A stretch of DNA of 40,310 nucleotides. Origin: Acidobacteriota bacterium. Its GTDB lineage: Bacteria > Acidobacteriota > Terriglobia > Terriglobales > Acidobacteriaceae. The position numbers and the translations under genes are program-made. The notes beneath the pieces are model-generated. The model had not been told where the DNA came from. It saw nothing but the letters and a program-made list of their open reading frames with translations, and did not search any database. Of this stretch, positions 37,417 through 40,310 are shown piece by piece (the first letter of the stretch is position 1; each line of letters starts with the position of its first letter). The stretch spans positions 1 through 40,310 of the forward strand of contig JAJYVR010000001.1 of the NCBI GenBank assembly GCA_021791935.1. The letters are read 5' to 3'.

Positions 37417-37444
37417 ATTATTTCAGCCGATTGACCCTTGTCAT
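37417..37444 (-). promoter_or_regulatory. sigma70-like promoter candidate for ileS (-35 ATGACA, 16-nt spacer, -10 AATAAT on the minus strand)
   Basis: The + strand has tgtcat at 37439..37444 and attatt at 37417..37422. Each hexamer matches the consensus at 5/6 positions. No experimental support, and the promoter consensus for this phylum is assumed to be RpoD-like. Confidence 0.3.
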
Positions 37445-37594
37445 CGGCCAGAAAGACTGGATCGAATGCCTTGGAAACGACAAAGGATTTCGACGAGGAC
37501 GACAAATCAAGCCTGCTTCCCGCATAATAAGGGCAGGCAGTTCGTCGCCGCGACCGGGCGTCCCCACCCGCGAGCAGTCGAAAATGGGTAATGG

Positions 37595-38710
37595 ATGTCG
37601 AATCAGCTTCTGATACCACCTGAGATCGAAAGAAACCATCCACGAGATCTCCAGCAACCGGCCCTTTGGAGCACGGTCGAGGGAGAGCCTTCGTTTTGGA
37701 CCTCGTTGACGGAGAACCTGCGCGCCAGGTTTTTCCCCCGGCCTCAACCGGCGCTCCAGCTCAAATCGAAGCCCATTCCTGTCGTCGATCCTTTCTATCA
37801 GGAACCCATCTGGGTCGGCATCTTGGAAGATTTTCGCGAACTGTTCTTCCCGCGCAAGCTGCCTCCATTGCAGTTGGAATCTCATGCCATCGCGGTCTCC
37901 GATCCTCTGGCGCGTCCGCGGGACCGCAAAGCAAGCCTTATATCCGTCGGTATTCATGCGCTGGTGTTCGCCATCATCCTCGCCGTCATCTTCTGGCATC
38001 CCAAGCGCCCCATGATTGCTCAAGTCGTTCCTCCACCGAACTTCAATATCACTCCGTTTATGCCCTTGGATGCCAGTGCAAAAGTGATGGGCGGCGGCGG
38101 CGGCGGCGGAGATCGCGATCTCCTGCATGCCCCTGTCGGCAAGCTGCCCACCATCGCCAAGGTCCAGTTCGTTCCTCCGGATGAGGTCATCCGCAATCCC
38201 AAGCCCAAGCTCGCCGTCGAGCCCACCGTGGTGATGCCCGCAAACATTCCGTTGCCCAACAGCGCCATGCCGAACCTGGGCGATCCCTTGACCGCCGTGC
38301 GCGGGCCCGCCTCGAATGGCGTCGGCAGCGCCAGCGGCATCGGATCGGGCAAAAGCGGCGGCGTCGGTTCCGGCGCGGGCGCGGGAGTCGGGCCGGGACA
38401 GGACGGCGGCTATGGCGGAGGCATCTACCAGGTTGGCGGCGGCGTCCGCCCGCCTGTGGTCATCTATGCGCCGGAACCGGAATTTTCCGAGCAGGCCCGC
38501 ATGGCGAAATACCAGGGATTGTGCGTTGTGGAAATCGTCGTGGATGCCAAAGGAATGCCCCGCGATCCAAAAGTGATTCAGCACCTGGGCATGGGGCTGG
38601 ATCAGAAGGCCCTGGAATCCGTCAAGCAATATCGCTTCAAACCCGCCACCCTGAACGGGAAACCGGTCGCCGTCCGCATGGATATCTCCATCGATTTCCA
38701 CATCTACTAA
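37595..38710 (+). CDS. energy transducer TonB-family protein
   Basis: N-terminal duplicated FFPR(P/K)..P.LQL(K/E)S motifs, TM helix LISVGIHALVFAIILAVIFW, a Pro/Gly-rich linker including a (GGC)6 run, and a C-terminal TonB domain ...EPEFSEQARMAKYQGLCVVEIVVDAKGMP...LDQKALESVKQYRFKPATLNGKPVAV. Confidence 0.88.
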   Translation: MSNQLLIPPEIERNHPRDLQQPALWSTVEGEPSFWTSLTENLRARFFPRPQPALQLKSKPIPVVDPFYQEPIWVGILEDFRELFFPRKLPPLQLESHAIAVSDPLARPRDRKASLISVGIHALVFAIILAVIFWHPKRPMIAQVVPPPNFNITPFMPLDASAKVMGGGGGGGDRDLLHAPVGKLPTIAKVQFVPPDEVIRNPKPKLAVEPTVVMPANIPLPNSAMPNLGDPLTAVRGPASNGVGSASGIGSGKSGGVGSGAGAGVGPGQDGGYGGGIYQVGGGVRPPVVIYAPEPEFSEQARMAKYQGLCVVEIVVDAKGMPRDPKVIQHLGMGLDQKALESVKQYRFKPATLNGKPVAVRMDISIDFHIY

Positions 38711-38727
38711 CCACCTGCAGCACATCC

Positions 38728-38760
38728 GGGTGCCCCAGGTTCGCGTAGCTAACCGGGGAT
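38728..38760. repeat. GGGTGCCCC-hairpin element, divergent subtype-2-like copy
   Basis: GGGTGCCCCAGGTTcgcgtagctAACCGGGGAT. Its 3' arm encodes the last codons and the stop (cta, 38749..38751) of the minus-strand gene 38749..39435. Confidence 0.6.
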
Positions 38761-39435
38761 TGAAAGCTGGCCGCTAGCGGCTATCCGCTCCCTCACAAAT
38801 TCGGTCAACCCATCGCAGGTATATCCAGGCGTCTCTAAAAAGAACTGCGGCTTGCTCTGCGCCAGTCGCAGCAAGGCCGCCTGGGTGCCCCATCCTTCGC
38901 GCTCTTGCGAGGGGTGGGATGGAATCGCATCGCACCCTGACTGAGTTCCGCTCCACAACACCGCATCCGCACGGTCCAGAAAATACTGCGCCGACGGCTT
39001 GAAGTCGGCAACCGCCGGATCGAGCACCGTCAGATACAGGTCCGGCTTCAAAAACCTCACAATGCTGTTCGACTCCAGGATCGCGTTCTTCGCCTGCGCC
39101 AGCTCTTTTCGCACTCGCGGCATCGCCTCCGCCAGTTGACCTTGTCGCGTTCTTACCCAGAAGGAACGCGCCGCGCCCGCCGCCAGAAATCGAGCGCTAT
39201 CGGTCCCGCTGTTCGCGAAACGTTCCTCCGTCACCGCGACCGTGTGCGCGTCGGTCTCGCAGTCGCACGGCTCGCCGTTCGCCGAGCAGATTCCGTTGCC
39301 GAATTGCGTCACCTTGAATGCCGTCCACTCAAACTCCGGCAGCGCCGCAATCAGTCCGGCCACCACCGACGTTTTGCCGATGTTGCGCGTATGTCCGCCG
39401 ACTACGACAATCGCCACCGCAACACCTCGATACAT
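38749..39435 (-). CDS. hypothetical P-loop-like protein (BioD/MobB-style GxxxxxGKT motif, Cys-rich segment)
   Basis: N-terminus VAIVVVGGHTRNIGKTSVVAGL (spacing as in the dethiobiotin synthetase GTDTxVGKT motif); GICSANGEPCDCETDAH. Contains an in-frame REP-like element (38883..38920). Function unknown. Confidence 0.6.
   Translation of the reverse strand: MYRGVAVAIVVVGGHTRNIGKTSVVAGLIAALPEFEWTAFKVTQFGNGICSANGEPCDCETDAHTVAVTEERFANSGTDSARFLAAGAARSFWVRTRQGQLAEAMPRVRKELAQAKNAILESNSIVRFLKPDLYLTVLDPAVADFKPSAQYFLDRADAVLWSGTQSGCDAIPSHPSQEREGWGTQAALLRLAQSKPQFFLETPGYTCDGLTEFVRERIAASGQLSIPG
38883..38920. repeat. GGGTGCCCC-hairpin REP-like element, subtype 1, located inside a CDS
   Basis: GGGTGCCCCATCCTTCGCgctcttGCGAGGGGTGGGAT, a ~12-bp stem. 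It is translated on the minus strand as ...SHPSQEREGWGTQ... within ORF 38749..39435. Confidence 0.8.
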
Positions 39436-39445
39436 CCTGAAGCAT

Positions 39446-39475
39446 TGTCATCCCAAGCCCAGTCGAGGGACCTGT
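39446..39475. repeat. second copy of the TGTCATCCC...GAGGGACCTG element
   Basis: TGTCATCCCaagcccagtcGAGGGACCTGt, 11 nt upstream of the start of gene 38749..39435 and 25 nt from the next REP-like element. Confidence 0.65.
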
Positions 39476-39499
39476 GTTTTTTCATACAACAAAAAATCT

Positions 39500-39575
39500 G
39501 GGTGCCCCAGGTCTCGCTTCTGAGACCTGGGATTCTCCAGTCTTCACAGACGAAATCTCGCGGTCGCAGACCTAG
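39500..39575. repeat. GGGTGCCCC-hairpin element, subtype 2, with distal ACGAAATCTCGCGGTCGCAGACCTAG box
   Basis: GGGTGCCCCAGGTCTCgcttctGAGACCTGGGAT...ACGAAATCTCGCGGTCGCAGACCTAG. The box contains the lpxD stop codon (cta, 39572..39574). On the minus strand the 10-bp hairpin is followed 9 nt later by TTTTTT. Confidence 0.8.
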
Positions 39576-40310
39576 TCCTTCTCTTTCCGCGGCAAGCGGG
39601 TCAGCCTCGCCAGCGTCGCCAGGCCCTTCAGATATTCCCGCAACGGCTGTGCCGGACGCCCCCAGAAGACCATCCCCGCGCCGCGCAATTTCTTTTTGCT
39701 CAACACGCCCGCGCCGCCGCCCAGAATCACGCCTTCGCCAACCTCGGCATGTTCGCCAATGCCCACCTGCCCGCCTAAAATCGCGCCGTCGCCCACCGTG
39801 CTGCTGCCGGAAATGCCGGTCTGCGCCGCCATCACGACGTTGCGTCCCACGCGCACATTGTGGCCAATATGCACCAGGTTATCCAGCTTCGTCCCGCGCG
39901 CAATCCGCGTCTCCTCCAGTGCGCCGCGATCGATGGTCGTATTGGCCCCAATCTCAACATCGTCCTCAATTGTCAACGTGCCCTGCTGCGGAAATTGCGT
40001 GTATGCGCCCGTCTTCGCGTCGCGTACATAGCCGAACCCATCCGACCCCAGCACGCATCCGGCATGCACCTGCACACGGTCCCGCAACTCCACTCCGGAA
40101 TACAGAACCACCCGCGGATGCAGCGTGCAATCCGCGCCAACCCTGACTCCATCCGCCAGCACGCAGCCTGCGCCGATGCGCGTCCGCGCCCCAATCGCGA
40201 CATGTTCGCCCAGCACGGCATACGGCCCGATGGAAACGTCCTCGGCCAGTTTGACGCTGGAGGCAAGAATGGCCGTGCGATGGACGCCTGTGCTCGACTG
40301 CGCGGCGCGC
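39572..40310 (-). CDS. lpxD: UDP-3-O-(3-hydroxyacyl)glucosamine N-acyltransferase, 5' end cut by window edge
   Basis: Left-handed beta-helix hexapeptide repeats (...[32 protein letters not shown]...[23 protein letters not shown]...). I translated the frame by hand and it stays open to base 40309 ([31 protein letters not shown]...), so the listed GTG at 40216 is internal. Confidence 0.9.
   Translation of the reverse strand, partial: RAAQSSTGVHRTAILASSVKLAEDVSIGPYAVLGEHVAIGARTRIGAGCVLADGVRVGADCTLHPRVVLYSGVELRDRVQVHAGCVLGSDGFGYVRDAKTGAYTQFPQQGTLTIEDDVEIGANTTIDRGALEETRIARGTKLDNLVHIGHNVRVGRNVVMAAQTGISGSSTVGDGAILGGQVGIGEHAEVGEGVILGGGAGVLSKKKLRGAGMVFWGRPAQPLREYLKGLATLARLTRLPRKEKD

Noticed and set aside
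37271-37600. T-box leader upstream of ileS.
   Set aside because: Neither strand has the T-box sequence (..GGGUGGNACCGCG..), a specifier-loop/antiterminator architecture, or a terminator hairpin with a U-tract.
39491-39531. Subtype-2 hairpin plus T6 as a canonical intrinsic terminator for lpxD.
   Set aside because: On the minus strand the T-run begins 9 nt after the stem rather than immediately. The other two copies lack a T-run, so I kept it as part of the composite-element finding instead.

Overview
This is a GC-rich bacterial chromosomal segment. From protein signatures and the interspersed repeat families I infer Acidobacteriota/Terriglobia-like, but I could not run a search to confirm that. 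I support 31 protein-coding genes, two of them cut by the window edges. Almost all are core housekeeping or envelope functions: guaA, lysA, htrA, truA, a TolC-like OMP, aroA, deoC, hpt, lgt, uvrA, lspA, ileS, a TonB-family protein and lpxD. The rest are TPR proteins, hydrolases and a few hypotheticals. I found no rRNA, tRNA, CRISPR array, transposase, integrase or recognisable defence or mobile island, so this is ordinary core genome rather than an accessory region. The unexplained structure is in the intergenic DNA. (1) Just upstream of ileS a phase-locked hexamer repeat reads, on the ileS strand, as the rare Ile codon AUA at every second codon (TIRISITIMI-stop). This is a candidate Ile/tRNA-Ile2-sensing leader and is the most interesting lead. 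(2) A family of GGGTGCCCC-hairpin (REP-like) elements is present in at least 8 same-orientation copies. One subtype is a conserved ~80-nt composite element that abuts stop codons, and one copy sits in frame inside a CDS. (3) A 19-bp tandem repeat is fused to a second repeat family. (4) A ~720-bp AT-richer non-coding gap lies between truA and the TolC gene. (5) uvrA is translationally coupled to a TPR gene and an HExxH zincin gene. The many long ORFs antisense to the real genes are GC-rich shadow ORFs. All functional calls come from motif recognition by eye, with no database searches.
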